DNA of 64,000 bases. Source: an uncultured Verrucomicrobiae bacterium. Its GTDB lineage: Bacteria; Verrucomicrobiota; Verrucomicrobiia; Chthoniobacterales; UBA10450. A program made the translations under genes and the position numbers. The stretch is from contig CAVTMK010000004.1 in assembly GCA_963735805.1 (NCBI GenBank), forward strand, positions 64,001 to 128,000, given 5' to 3'. The number at the start of each line of letters is the position of its first letter. Position 1 is the first letter of the stretch. Under the pieces are notes generated by a model. It saw only the letters and a program-made list of their open reading frames with translations, was not told where the DNA came from and did no database searches. Positions 30,736-42,956 of the stretch are shown in pieces.

Positions 30736-32073
30736 GTGTACATTGAGTGTAACAGCGATCAACTAAAGCTTCGGGTCACACCGGCCAAAAATTTCAATCG
30801 CGCAGTGAAACAAAACAAAAAGAGTAACAAAATCGTTTTTTTCGGCGTGTTTGGTAATCAGAATTTGGGAAATGAATGCACGTTACAGGCTACTATGTAC
30901 AACATGCATAAGGCCGTGCCGGATGCAACATTTACATGCCTTTCCACAGTCCCCGAGGATACAGAACTAAGACACGGTGTCCCTGCATTTGCGGCCCATC
31001 AAGCCTATCCAGCTTGGTTAGACTCTCAATTGTGGTCTGGGCGACGCTTAGGCTTGATGAGATTACTGCGAAAGATTCTTTTCCGGGTTCCGCTAGAATT
31101 CATCCATTGGGCTAAGGGCTTTAAGGTGATCAAGGGGAGCCATATGCTCATCGTTCCCGGAACGCAGGTGGTGTCCGATTACCTGACCGGACCGTTTAGC
31201 TGGCCCTACGATATATTCAAATGGGCAATCATTGCCAAACTGTGCAGGGCTAGGTTGCTCTTCCTAAACATTGGAGTCGGCCCGATATATCATCCTCTGA
31301 GCAGGTGGTTCATTAGGGCAAGTCTCAATTTCTCGGACTATCGTAGTTATCGAGATATCGCCTCGAAAGAGTACGTGGAGAAAATGGGTCCCTCTCGGAA
31401 TAGTGACCGCGTTTATCCCGATTTAGCGTTTAGCTTGCAAAGCACGTTGTTACCAGTATGTCAGAACGTAGGTAAACAAAGGCCTGTCTTCGGTATTGGA
31501 CTAAAGGACTACCTCGGGCGAGAGGGTCTGCGTGATCGCCACAAGAATCCCAGCTATCGCGGCTACTTGAACATTTTAGGGGACCTTGTGGCCTGGTTGT
31601 TCGAGCGAAAGTACACGGTGCGACTGATCATAGGAGATCCCTTGTACGACAGCGGCGTGAAACAAGATTTCATGGAATCGCTGCGCGAGCGTGGATTACT
31701 GAATAAAGAAACACAGATTATTAATGAACCGGTTTTTACGGTACAACAGTTGTTGTCTCAAATCGCCGCCATCGACTTTTTGGTCACATCACGATTTCAT
31801 AACCTGGCATTGGCTCTTATGCTCAATAAGCCAGTGGTCTGCTTGTCAGACCATAGAAAGCTAGATTCCTTGATGACCGAAATAGGGTTGACAGAATATT
31901 GCCTTCCTCTTGCTAACTTGGACTTTGACACTTTGATCGATAGACTTGTTAAACTCGAAAAGAATGCCGAGCCGCTTAGGCTTTATATTAAACAGAAGAC
32001 CGACGAGTATCGTGCAACTTTGGACGAGCAATACACCCTTATCTCCAATACGTTTGAACTAACAAAGCGCTAA
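30736..32073 (+). CDS. Polysaccharide pyruvyl transferase family (WcaK-like)
   Basis: G.FGNQNLGNE, GVGPI, SYRD..S, PDLAF, SRFH; true start may be GTG 30805. Confidence 0.85.
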   Translation: MYIECNSDQLKLRVTPAKNFNRAVKQNKKSNKIVFFGVFGNQNLGNECTLQATMYNMHKAVPDATFTCLSTVPEDTELRHGVPAFAAHQAYPAWLDSQLWSGRRLGLMRLLRKILFRVPLEFIHWAKGFKVIKGSHMLIVPGTQVVSDYLTGPFSWPYDIFKWAIIAKLCRARLLFLNIGVGPIYHPLSRWFIRASLNFSDYRSYRDIASKEYVEKMGPSRNSDRVYPDLAFSLQSTLLPVCQNVGKQRPVFGIGLKDYLGREGLRDRHKNPSYRGYLNILGDLVAWLFERKYTVRLIIGDPLYDSGVKQDFMESLRERGLLNKETQIINEPVFTVQQLLSQIAAIDFLVTSRFHNLALALMLNKPVVCLSDHRKLDSLMTEIGLTEYCLPLANLDFDTLIDRLVKLEKNAEPLRLYIKQKTDEYRATLDEQYTLISNTFELTKR

Positions 32074-32085
32074 GAGAATTTCATT

Positions 32086-33132
32086 GTGATAAACAACCAA
32101 GGGTATCATGCAATCCTGGCGAAGATGGCACGCTTCCAGCTTTTGGGAAAATCTCCTGTCGGCTTTTATTTGCGGCTGAACAAGCGGGTATGGGACTGTC
32201 TCCCTTCCCGGGTACGAAATCTGAACGTCGTTCGTTCGTACGGAGCATGGTTGCATAGCCTGGTTTGCCTCAGCGCCAGGCGTCAGCAGTTCTTCGGCAC
32301 GTTCTTCCTAAGGAATCGTCCAGCCCTGGAATTAATGCGCCGCCTGGCCGAACAGAAGCCCCACGGCTCGACGTTAAGAATTGCCGTGCTGGGTTGCAGC
32401 ATCGGAGCAGAAGTTTATTCAATACTCTGGACCGTGCGGTCGGCACGGCCGGACTTAAAAGTACTCCTGGAGGCAGTGGATATTTCGAAGGATATACTGA
32501 CCTTCGCGGAGAAAGGCATTTATACTCCTGATGCCTCCGAGTTGGTCGGTGCTTCGATTTTTGAACGATTGACCGAGGCTGAGATGATTGAAATGTTCGA
32601 TTGGGCGGGCGAGCAGGCCAAGGTCAAATCGTGGCTCAAGGAGGGGATCACGTGGCATGTTCGGGATGTAACTGACTCGGACCTAATAAGCATTCTTGGG
32701 CCTCAAGACATGGTAGTCGCGAGTAACTTTCTCTGTCACATGGCCCGAGCCGATGCCGAAAAGTGCCTCCGCAACATAGCACAACTGGTTAGTCCAGGAG
32801 GGTACCTGTTTGTTTCCGGAGTCGATTTGGACGTTCGCACCAAGGCTGCTCTCGACCTCAACTGGGAGCCAGTGCGGGATTTGATAGTGGAAATCCACGA
32901 CGGCGATCGATGTGTGCGAGCCGACTGGCCTTGGGCGTGGTGGGGGCTTGAGCCTCTCAACCGAAAGAGGCACGATTGGCAAACCCGTTACGCCGCCGTC
33001 TTCCGGATTGGTAGTCCGGAACTACCGAGGACTTCGTCCGGCTCCACCACATTGGCTAAACAGGCCGGCGTTAAGCACTCGATAGGCTCCCGTGCGGAAT
33101 CTACAACGTATCAGTCTGGATTCTGTAAGTAA
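32086..33132 (+). CDS. CheR-type SAM-dependent methyltransferase
   Basis: TFFLRN, VLGCSIGAEVYSI, AVDIS...A..GIY, L.PGGYLF. Confidence 0.8.
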   Translation: MINNQGYHAILAKMARFQLLGKSPVGFYLRLNKRVWDCLPSRVRNLNVVRSYGAWLHSLVCLSARRQQFFGTFFLRNRPALELMRRLAEQKPHGSTLRIAVLGCSIGAEVYSILWTVRSARPDLKVLLEAVDISKDILTFAEKGIYTPDASELVGASIFERLTEAEMIEMFDWAGEQAKVKSWLKEGITWHVRDVTDSDLISILGPQDMVVASNFLCHMARADAEKCLRNIAQLVSPGGYLFVSGVDLDVRTKAALDLNWEPVRDLIVEIHDGDRCVRADWPWAWWGLEPLNRKRHDWQTRYAAVFRIGSPELPRTSSGSTTLAKQAGVKHSIGSRAESTTYQSGFCK

Positions 33133-33149
33133 CGTCGGAACTTTTTACG
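33133..33149 (+). promoter_or_regulatory. Putative PrsR enhancer box
   Basis: CGTCGGAACTTTTTACG; matches boxes at 36640, 59161 and 60279. Confidence 0.7.
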
Positions 33150-33245
33150 ATTTTGGAACTGAGTGGGGCAGGCTTCTCGAATTGCACAGTCATGTTACAA
33201 CCCAATAGAAATAGCTTATAACGTTTCTCGAACGCCGTCCCCTTT

Positions 33246-33261
33246 TGACGCTGGACTTGCT
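33246..33261 (+). promoter_or_regulatory. Degenerate sigma-54-like promoter (GA instead of GG at -24)
   Basis: TGACGCTGGACTTGCT, 113 bp after the box start versus 114 and 116 bp at the two canonical promoters. Confidence 0.45.
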
Positions 33262-33336
33262 TGTTTGTTGGTGTATACACACGCGGCCCATGCTCTTTAC
33301 AAGATGAAGAGGGGGTAGCGTATCGAGTATGGACCT

Positions 33337-36300
33337 TTGAAAACTGTATTTTCCATTTCTTCGCTTGTCGTTGCAGGTTTGTGGAGCGCAATTGTTCCGA
33401 CAAACGCGCAGGTCAACGTTACGCAGTATCACAACAATAGTTCGCGTGATGGGCTTTACATCGATTCCGCCTTTACACAGTCGGCCGCGGCGAACTTGAC
33501 GCGCGACTTAAACTTCGGCGGTGCTGTCGTAGGCAACGTTTTAACGCAGCCGCTCTACATCGAGGGCGGTCCAAACGGCCCAATGCTCATTATTGCAACC
33601 AGTTCGAATAATGTGTACGCACTCAACCCGGTAAATGGCACCATTATTTGGCAGCGAAATGTGGGGCCTCCGGTGCCGGCAAATGATATCTTCTGCACTG
33701 AGGTTGGTTCCGCGGGGATCATTAGCACTCCTGTTGTCGATCTTGCTTCAAGGGCGCTTTTTTTAGGCGCGCTAACGACGCCCGATGGCGGGGCGACCCT
33801 TAAACAGTACATTGTTTCCCTCAACGTGGACACGGGTGTCATCAATCCCGGTTGGCCGGTGGACGTGGAGCTGACGGCTCAATACAACGGTACGACCTTC
33901 GTCGCAGCGAACCAAATGCAAAGCGCGGCGCTCGCCATCGTAGGCAACATTCTTTATGTTGGGTATGGGAGCCACTCCGATTGTAGCAATTATCATGGCT
34001 GGCTGGTGGGAGTGCCAATAAATAATCCCGGCGAGCGTAACAGCATGGACTACTAGCGCCGTCGGTGCTGGCATATGGAGCGCTGGCGGCGTGTCCAGTG
34101 ACGGCACCAATCCGTTCGTTAGCACCGGTAACACTTTCCAACCTCCCAACTGGAGCGGCGGCCAAGCAGTGATTCGGTTTCAACCGGGCCCCATCTTTAG
34201 CGGCAATACCAGGGATTACTGGGTACCGGTCAATTGGTCGAGCCTCGACCAGCAGACGGTCGACGTGGGGGCCGCGGGCCCATTACTGGTAGACGTGCCG
34301 GGGGCAACGCCCTCCCATCTTGTCGTCCAAATGGGCAAAGATGAATACGCGCATCTACTTAATCGCGATAACCTCGGTGGTATCGGCGCGCCGATAGCAG
34401 AAGCACGGGAAGCCTTCAGCTATATATATGGTGGGCCGGCCGCCTACCGAACGAACCAAGGCACGTATGTTGCTTTTCGCGCCGGCGCCGACGCACTCAG
34501 CACTTTCCGTATTACTGCAACCAGTCCACCTGCTATCGCCACCGGATGGAATGTGGACCGGGGTATGAACGGTTGCGGGTCACCTTGGGTTACCTCCACG
34601 GATGGGACTAATAACACGGTTGTCTGGGTGGTCGGCACCAGTACTGATAATCTTGGTTCCGATGGCGACCAACGATTACATGGTTACGACGGAGATACGG
34701 GGACTGTTGTCTATGCCGGCGGAGGGCCTAATGAATTGATGGCAGGGATGCACAAGTGGAGGAATACCGGCATTGCTGCCCGCGGGCGCATCTACGTTGC
34801 CGGGGACAATAAAGTGTTTGCTTTTAAGCTGCCTGGAGGAACGCCTACACCTACCCCAACCGCGACACCTACGCCAACAGCAACTTCGACACCGACTGCG
34901 CCACCACCGACACCTACGCCGACAGCGACAGCGACACCTACGGCGACTCGCGACTGCAACGGCGACACCGACTCCTACGCCAACAGCTACTCCAACTGGG
35001 AATGCATGCCAGCGGCCAATGACGATCGACCATACCAAGGTTCCCAGCACACAGTCCAATTTCACAGTACTAGTAAGCCTCACTGATCCGGCGCTTAAGA
35101 CGATTGCCAACGGTGGCCATGTAGCCAATGCCAACGGATTCGACATCGGGTTTTACGCTGACTCCGGGGGGACTATCAAGCTCAAGTGGGAAGTGGAAAA
35201 ATACGATGGCACCACCGGCACCCTGATCGCATGGGTAAAGATCCCTTCCGTGTCGAATACGACAGACACGGTCTTTTATCTGATGTATGGCGATAGCTCG
35301 ATTAACACAGACCAGTCCGATCCGGTCAACACATGGGACACCAACTTCAAGGCTGTGTATCATTTTGGAAATGGAACGACCCTGACTGCGACCGATTCGA
35401 CCGGTGGCAACAATGGGACGTTATTTAACGGTCCCACGGCGAGTGTTGGGAAGATTAATGGAGCGGCTCATTTTGTGCATAGCAGTAATCAGGCTATTGG
35501 ACTGGCTAGTCCTGCGGACTTTCCAGTTACAACAGCGTGGACCATGGAGACATGGGTGAAGCCTTCAACGGACGGGAATGCCGTTATGGCGTGGGGTGGA
35601 ACTTCCAACAACGGTCCGCACATGATTCTTCTAGGGAACAACACCTGGCGAGTTGGTTTCTGGGGCGGTGCAGCCGTTGACGGAACGGGAGTAGATCTTA
35701 CGGCATTTCATCACATTGCTGGAACCTTCGACGGGTCAAGTCTGAGATTATACAGAGACGGATTGCTGATTGCCGGGCCTGTCGCGGCAACGCCTGCTAC
35801 TGCGTCTAACCCTGGCGCTGCGATTGGTTCGGCGTTTGGCGGATTTTATTTCAATGGAGATATAGATGAGCTTCGAATCTCCAATACGAATCGCTCCGCT
35901 AATTGGATTGCTGCCGAATACAATAATCAAAATAACCCCGGCACGTTCATCAGTATGGGAGGCGAGTCGTGTCCCTCGACTACGCCCACGCCTACTCCGA
36001 CCGCGACTCCGTCGCCAACATCAACACCGACTCCACCGCCACCGACGCCGACTCCTACTCCGTCGCCATCGGTGACTCCGAGCGCCACTCCGACCGCTAC
36101 ACCTACCCCGACACCGACGCCAACCGCCACGCCAACCCCGACTGTGACTCCCACCGCTACACCTACCGCCACGCCGGGCCAAATCACACTCAGCGCGCGT
36201 GGCTACAAAGTACAGGGTTTGCAGACGGTTGACCTGTCATGGGCCGGGGCGATTTCAAGCAGCGTTGACGTCTACCGTAATAACCTGTTGCTCTTGACGG

Positions 36301-36419
36301 TCCCTAATAACGGTTTCTACACGGATCATCCCAATGGCCGCGGCCATGCCACCTATATGTACAAAGTGTGCGAGGCGGGCACGGGTAACTGCTCTAATCA
36401 AGTTACCGTGAATTTCTGA
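33337..36419 (+). CDS. Large secreted protein: PQQ-like beta-propeller, Pro/Thr linker, DUF2341 + LamG module, Pro/Thr linker, C-terminal Ig/FN3-like domain; frameshifted
   Basis: Signal peptide, VYALN..G.IIW propeller motif, PTPT linkers, AWVKIP (DUF2341), FNGDIDELRI (LamG); pieces 33337-34056, 34091-35086, 34773-36419. Confidence 0.8.
35019..35978 (+). repeat. DUF2341-LamG module, copy A (~0.96 kb)
   Basis: Near-identical to copies at 38420, 39623 and 40822, from MTIDHTKVPSTQ to GGESCPS. Confidence 0.9.
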
Positions 36420-36639
36420 GATTTCGGAACCCACTCTCGACGACAGACTCTTCCCTCCTCCTGCGATTCACAGTCGGCTGCATAACATTTTCGGGAACTT
36501 CGGCTTGCTGTTCTCGGAGAAGGTATAGTGAGGCGATCGGCAACGGCTGGCTTCAGTGATCGCGCATCGGAAAAGACGCGCCAGTCGTTGACGTGCGAAT
36601 CGATATCCGGCCGCCAAAGATGACGAAAGCTCAAAGTGA

Positions 36640-36656
36640 CGTCGGAATATTTTACG
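36640..36656 (+). promoter_or_regulatory. Putative PrsR enhancer box
   Basis: CGTCGGAATATTTTACG, identical to 60279-60295. Confidence 0.7.
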
Positions 36657-36743
36657 ATTTTTGCAACCAGGTAGCACGGCCTCTCGAATTACATCGTCAT
36701 GCTAAATGCCAAACACATAAGTAGTTATAACGCTTCTCGACCT

Positions 36744-39700
36744 TTGAAAACAATATTTTCCATTTCTTCGCTTGTCGTCGCAGGTTTGTGGAGTGCGGTT
36801 GTTCCGATAAACGCGCAGGTCAACGTTACGCAGTATCACAACAATAGTTCGCGTGATGGGCTTTACATCGATTCGGCCTTTACACAGTCGGCCGCGGCGA
36901 ACCTGACGCGCGACTTAAATTTCGACGGTACGATCGTAGGCAATGTTCTTTCGCAGCCGCTTTACCTCGACAACGGCCCTGGAGGGCGGCCGACGATCAT
37001 TGCGGTGACCGAAGCGAACAACGTTTATGCACTCGACGCTGTTAGTGGCACTATTATTTGGCAGCGAAACCTGGGCGCTCCGGTGCCGGCCCCCGATCTC
37101 TTCTGCACTGAGGTTGGTTCCATGGGGATCATCAGCACGCCTGTTGTCGACCTTGGTTCACGGGCGCTCTTTTTGAACGCGATGGTCACGCTCGATAACG
37201 GCACGACCAACAAACACTACATCATTTCCATTAACGTCGATACGGGTAACATCAACCCGGGCTGGCCGGTGGACGTAGAAGCGACAGCTCAATACAACGG
37301 CACGACATTCACTCCAGGGGTCCAACAGCAACGATCGGCGCTCGCCATCGTGGGCAACGTTCTTTACGTTGCATATAGCAGCATAGGGGATTGCAGCCTG
37401 TACCATGGGTGGCTGGTGGGAGTGCCGATAAATAATCCAGCCAGTGTAACAGCATGGGCGACCAGCGCCATCGGTGGCGGTATATGGAGCACCGGCGGTG
37501 TGGCCAGTGACGGCACCTATCCGTACGTTGGCACCGGTAACACTTACCAACCTCCCACCTGGAGCGGCGGCGATGCAGTGATTCGTTTTCAACCGGGTCC
37601 GATCTTTAGCGGGAACTCCAGCGATTACTGGGTGCCGGCGAATTGGTTGGCCTTCGACCAGCATAACTGGGATCAAAGCGCGGGCCCATTACTGGTGGAC
37701 GTGCCGGGGGCAACGCCCTCCCATCTTGTCGTCCAACTGGGCAAAGATCAGTTCGCACATCTACTCAATAGAGATAACCTGGGCGGTCTCGGCGTGGCGC
37801 CGATAGCAGAAGCACAGGTAGCCTCCAGCGTCCTACTTGGCGCGCCGGCCGCCTACCGAACTGCCCAAGGCACGTATATTGCTTTTCGCGCCGGCAGGGA
37901 CGCACTCGGAGCTTTCAGCATTACTGGAACTGCACCACCTACTATCGTCACCAAATGGAGCACGTTCCCGATGAACGGTTGCGGGTCACCTTGGGTCACC
38001 TCTACGGACGGGACTAATAACATGATCGTGTGGACGGTCGGTACCGGCGATAAAACTGGTGCCGGGGGCGACCAGCGATTGCATGGTTACGACGGAGATA
38101 CGGGGGCTGTTGTCTATGCCGGTGGCGGCGCCAACGAGTTGATGGCGAGTACGCGCTCGTACAGCACTACGGGGATTGCCGCCCGCGGGCGCATCTACGT
38201 TGCCGCGGACAACAAGGTCTATGCTTTTAAGCTGGCTGGAGGAACGCCTACACCTACCCCAACCGCGACACCTACGCCGACAGCTACTCCACACCGACTC
38301 CGCCACCACCGACACCGACACCAACAGCAACAGCAACACCGACGGCAACTCCGACTGCAACTGCGACACCGACTCCTACGCCAACAGCAACTCCATCTGG
38401 GAATGCATGCCAGAGGCCAATGACGATCGACCATACCAAGGTTCCCAGCACACAGTCCAATTTCACAGTACTAGTAAGCCTCACTGATCCGGCGCTTAAG
38501 ACGATTGCCAACGGTGGCCACGTAGCCAATGCCAACGGATTCGACATCGGGTTCTACGCCGACTCCGGGGGGACTACCAAGCTCAAGTGGGAAGTGGAAA
38601 AATACGATGGCACAACCGGCACCCTGATCGCGTGGGTAAAGATCCCTTCGGTGTCGAATACGACAGACACCGTCTTTTACCTGATGTATGGCGATAGCTC
38701 GATTAACACAAACCAATCCGATCCGGTCAACACATGGGACACCAACTTCAAGGCTGTGTATCATTTTGGAAATGGAACGACCCTGACTGCGACCGATTCG
38801 ACCGGTGGCAACAATGGGACGTTATTTAACGGTCCCACGGCGAGTGTCGGGAAGATTAATGGAGCGGCTCATTTTGTGATCAGCAGTAACCAGGCTATAG
38901 GTCTGGCTAATCCTGGGGACTTTCCTGTTACAACAGCGTGGACCATGGAGACATGGGTCAAGCCTTCAACGGACGGAAATGTCGCTCTGCTTTGGGGCGG
39001 AACTTCCAACAACGGTCCGCACATGGTGCTTCCGGGGAACAACACCTGGCGAGTTGGTTTCTGGGGCGGTGCAGACGTGAACGGAACGGGAGTAGATACT
39101 TACGGCGTTTCATCACATTGTTGGAACCTTCGACGGGTCAAGTCTGAGATTATACAAGGACGGATTGCTGATTGCTGGACCTGTCGCGGCAACGCCTGCT
39201 ACTTCGTCTAACCCTGCTGCTGTGCTTGGCTCTGTCGTTTGGTGCATTTTATTTCAATGGGGATGTAGATGAGCTTCGAATCTCCAGCACGAACCGCTCC
39301 ACCGATTGGATTGCTGCCGAATACAGTAATCAAAATAGCCCCGCCACGTTCATCAGTATGGGAGGCGAGTCGTGCCCATCGGGAACGCCAACTCCTACTC
39401 CCACAGCTACGGCGACACCATCGGTAACTCCGAGCGCTACGCCTACAGCTACGCCAACTGCAACGCCGACGCCTCCGCCGACAGCTACACCGACACCGAA
39501 CTGCGCCACCACCGACACCTACGCCAACAGCGACAGCAACACCGACGGCAACTCCGACTGCAACGGCGACACCGACACCTACGCCAACAGCAACTCCATC
39601 TGGGAATGCATGCCAGCGGCCAATGACGATCGACCATACCAAGGTTCCCAGCACACAGTCCAATTTCACAGTACTAGTAAGCCTCACTGATCCGGCGCTT

Positions 39701-42700
39701 AAGACGATTGCCAACGGTGGCCACGTAGCCAATGCCAACGGATTCGACATCGGGTTCTACGCCGACTCCGGGGGGACTATCAAGCTCAAGTGGGAAGTGG
39801 AAAAATACGATGGCACAACCGGCACCCTGATCGCGTGGGTAAAGATCCCTTCGGTGTCGAATACGACAGACACGTCATTCTATCTGTTCTATGGAGATCC
39901 ATCGATTAACACCGACCAATCCGATCCGGTCAACACATGGGACACCAACTTCAAGGCTGTGTATCATTTTGGAAATGGAACGACCCTGACTGCGACCGAT
40001 TCGACCGGTGGCAACAATGGGACGTTATTTAACGGTCCCACGGCGAGTGTCGGGAAGATTAATGGAGCGGCTCATTTTGTGAGTAGTAGTAATCAGGCTA
40101 TAGTTCTGGCTAATCCTGGCGGACTTTCCTGTTGCAACGGCGTGGACCATGGAGACATGGGTCAAGCCTTCAACGGACGGAAATGTCGCTCTGCTTTGGG
40201 GCGGAACTTCCAATAACGGTCCTCATATGGTGCTTCCGGGGAACAACACCTGGCGAGTTGGTTTCTGGGGCGGTGCAGACGTCAACGGAACGGGAGTAGA
40301 TACTACGGCGTTTCATCACATTGTTGGAACCTTCGACGGGTCAAGTCTAAGATTATACAAGGACGGATTGCTGATTGCCGGGCCTGTCGCGGCAACGCCT
40401 GCTACTTCGTCTAACCCTGCTGCTGTGATTGGTTCGGCGTTTGGTGCATTTTATTTCAATGGAGATATAGACGAGCTTCGAATCTCCAGCACGAACCGCT
40501 CCACCGATTGGATTGCTGCCGAATACAGTAATCAAAATAACCCCGCCACATTCATCAGTATGGGAGGCGAGTCTTGCCCATCGGGAACGCCAACGCCTAC
40601 TCCCACAGCTACTGCGACACCATCGGTAACTCCGAGCGCGACGCCTACAGCTACGCCAACAGCAACGCCTCCGCGACAGCTACACCGACACCAACGCGCC
40701 ACCACCGACACCTACGCCAACAGCGACAGCAACACCGACGGCAACTCCGACTGCAACTCCAACGGCGACACCGACACCTACGCCAACAGCAACTCCATCT
40801 GGGAATGCATGTCAGAGGCCAATGACGATCGACCATACCAAGGTTCCCAGCACACAGTCCAATTTCACAGTACTAGTAAGCCTCACTGATCCGGCGCTTA
40901 AGACGATTGCCAACGGTGGCCACGTAGCCAATGCCAACGGATTCGACATCGGGTTTTACGCTGACTCCGGGGGGACTATCAAGCTCAAGTGGGAAGTGGA
41001 AAAATACGATGGCACCACCGGCACCCTGATCGCATGGGTAAAGATCCCTTCCGTGTCGAATACGACAGACACGGTCTTTTACCTGATGTATGGCGATAGC
41101 TCGATTAACACAAACCAGTCCGATCCGGTCAACACATGGGACACCAACTTCAAGGCTGTGTATCATTTTGGAAATGGAACGACCCTGACTGCGACCGATT
41201 CGACCGGTGGCAACAATGGGATATTACTCAACGGTCCCACGGCGAGTGTCGGGAAGATTAATGGAGCGGCTCATTTTGTGCATAGCAGTAATCAGGCTAT
41301 AGGACTGGCTAATCCTGCGGACTTTCCTAGTTGCAACAGCGTGGACCATGGAGACATGGGTGAAGCCTTCAACGGACGGGAATGCCGTTCTGGCGTGGGG
41401 CGGAACTTCCAACAACGGTCCGCACATGATTCTTCTAGGGAACAACACCTGGCGAGTTGGTTTCTGGGGCGGTGCAGCCGTTGACGGAACGGGAGTAGAT
41501 CTTACGGCATTTCATCACATTGCTGGAACCTTCGACGGGTCAAGTCTGAGATTATACAGAGACGGATTGCTGATTGCCGGGCCTGTCGCAGCAACGCCTG
41601 TTACTTCATCTAACCCTGCTGCTGCAGTTGCTACTTCGTTTGGTGCATTTTATTTCAATGGGGATGTAGATGAGCTTCGAATCTCCAATACGAATCGCTC
41701 CGCCAATTGGATTGCTGCCGAATACAGTAATCAAAATAACCCCGCCACGTTCATCAGTATGGGAGGCGAGTCTTGTCCATCGGGAACGCCAACGCCTACT
41801 CCCACAGCTACGCCGACACCGCCATTCGGGGCGGACAACTTCAACCGCGCTAATGGGGGACTTGGGTCGAACTGGGCCAAGCCGGTGCCGGCATCGGAAC
41901 AGACGTTGGTTATCGTGAACAATCAAGTGACGCCCGACACCGATGGTGCACATTGTTACGCATATTGGATCGGGAACACGTTTAGCCAAGATCAGTATTC
42001 TCAGGCGCGGATCAGCAATGTGGGATCATGGAACGGAGTGATTACCCGGGCCCAGTCCACTGTTGACCGATTCTATTTGGCCTTTGTATTTGCGCCCAAT
42101 GACTACCGCATTTTTCTGCGAAAGGACGGGCTTTATTATACCTTAAGCCAGGGAAGTACCGAGACGTGGGTGGCTGGTGACATTATCCGATTGGAGACAG
42201 TAGGCTTAAACCCGGTGCAACTGACGTTGTTCAGAAACGGCAATCCGGTTTTGACTTATACCGATACTACAGAGAACCTCACTGGAGGCAGCCCGGGTAT
42301 AGGGATCTGGACGGCGACCGAGCCACACCTGGCAGTTGACGACTGGGAGGGCGGGAATGTTGCGATGCAGGGAGGCCTGGCGCGACAGACGCAGCCGCCG
42401 AGTGTGCAGGGGAATCTTGCGGCGTCGGCATCAGGCGTGAGCCAAGTCGAGCTGAGTTGGACGACATCAACCGACAGCGTCGGTGAGAAAAAATATGAAG
42501 TGCAGCGGCGGGACCCTGGAAGCCCGCGTTTCGTGCGCGTAGGAACGACTAGAGGAACGAGCTACACCGACACTGGATTGGCAGCAGGTAGCGACTATAG
42601 TTATCGCGTTCTGGTGAGGGATGCGAAGGGGCGCGCGAAAAGATACTCGAGTGTGGCGAGCGTGATAACAGCTTCACCCACAATCGTCCCTCGCACACCA

Positions 42701-42706
42701 CGATAA
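36744..42706 (+). CDS. Giant secreted paralog (~2000 aa): propeller, 3x(Pro/Thr linker, DUF2341-LamG), lectin-like domain, FN3; frameshifted
   Basis: 5' part closely similar to the 33337 gene; ORF pieces 36699-38423, 38420-39211, 39172-39690, 39623-40216, 40149-40889, 40822-41484 and 41348-42706 tile without gaps. Confidence 0.75.
38420..41781 (+). repeat. Three tandem DUF2341-LamG modules (copies B, C, D), period ~1.2 kb
   Basis: ATGACGATCGACCATACCAAGG begins at 38420, 39623 and 40822. Confidence 0.92.
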
Positions 42707-42956
42707 CCCCGGATGGGCACGCTGGCCGGTGGTTAGGCAGCGCGTCCCGGATCGTCTGCGAGACGAATAGAACCCTTGTGCTTGATTTCGTAAGTGATGC
42801 TGATGCGTTCGTATGGCGGGAACGAAAGGGTATTTGCGGCTCATCGTTGCCAAATCCAGCTCGAACTCGCACGCGACAGATCAGCTTTATTGACAGGAAG
42901 AGCTCGCGGCTAGTAAGTCTGTGGTTATCGGATTTATTCAACATGACTCAAGAACC

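Noticed and set aside
34840..41830. CRISPR array or DNA satellite in ACACCGAC-rich tracts
   Set aside because: These encode Pro/Thr linkers; there is no fixed repeat-spacer structure and no cas genes.
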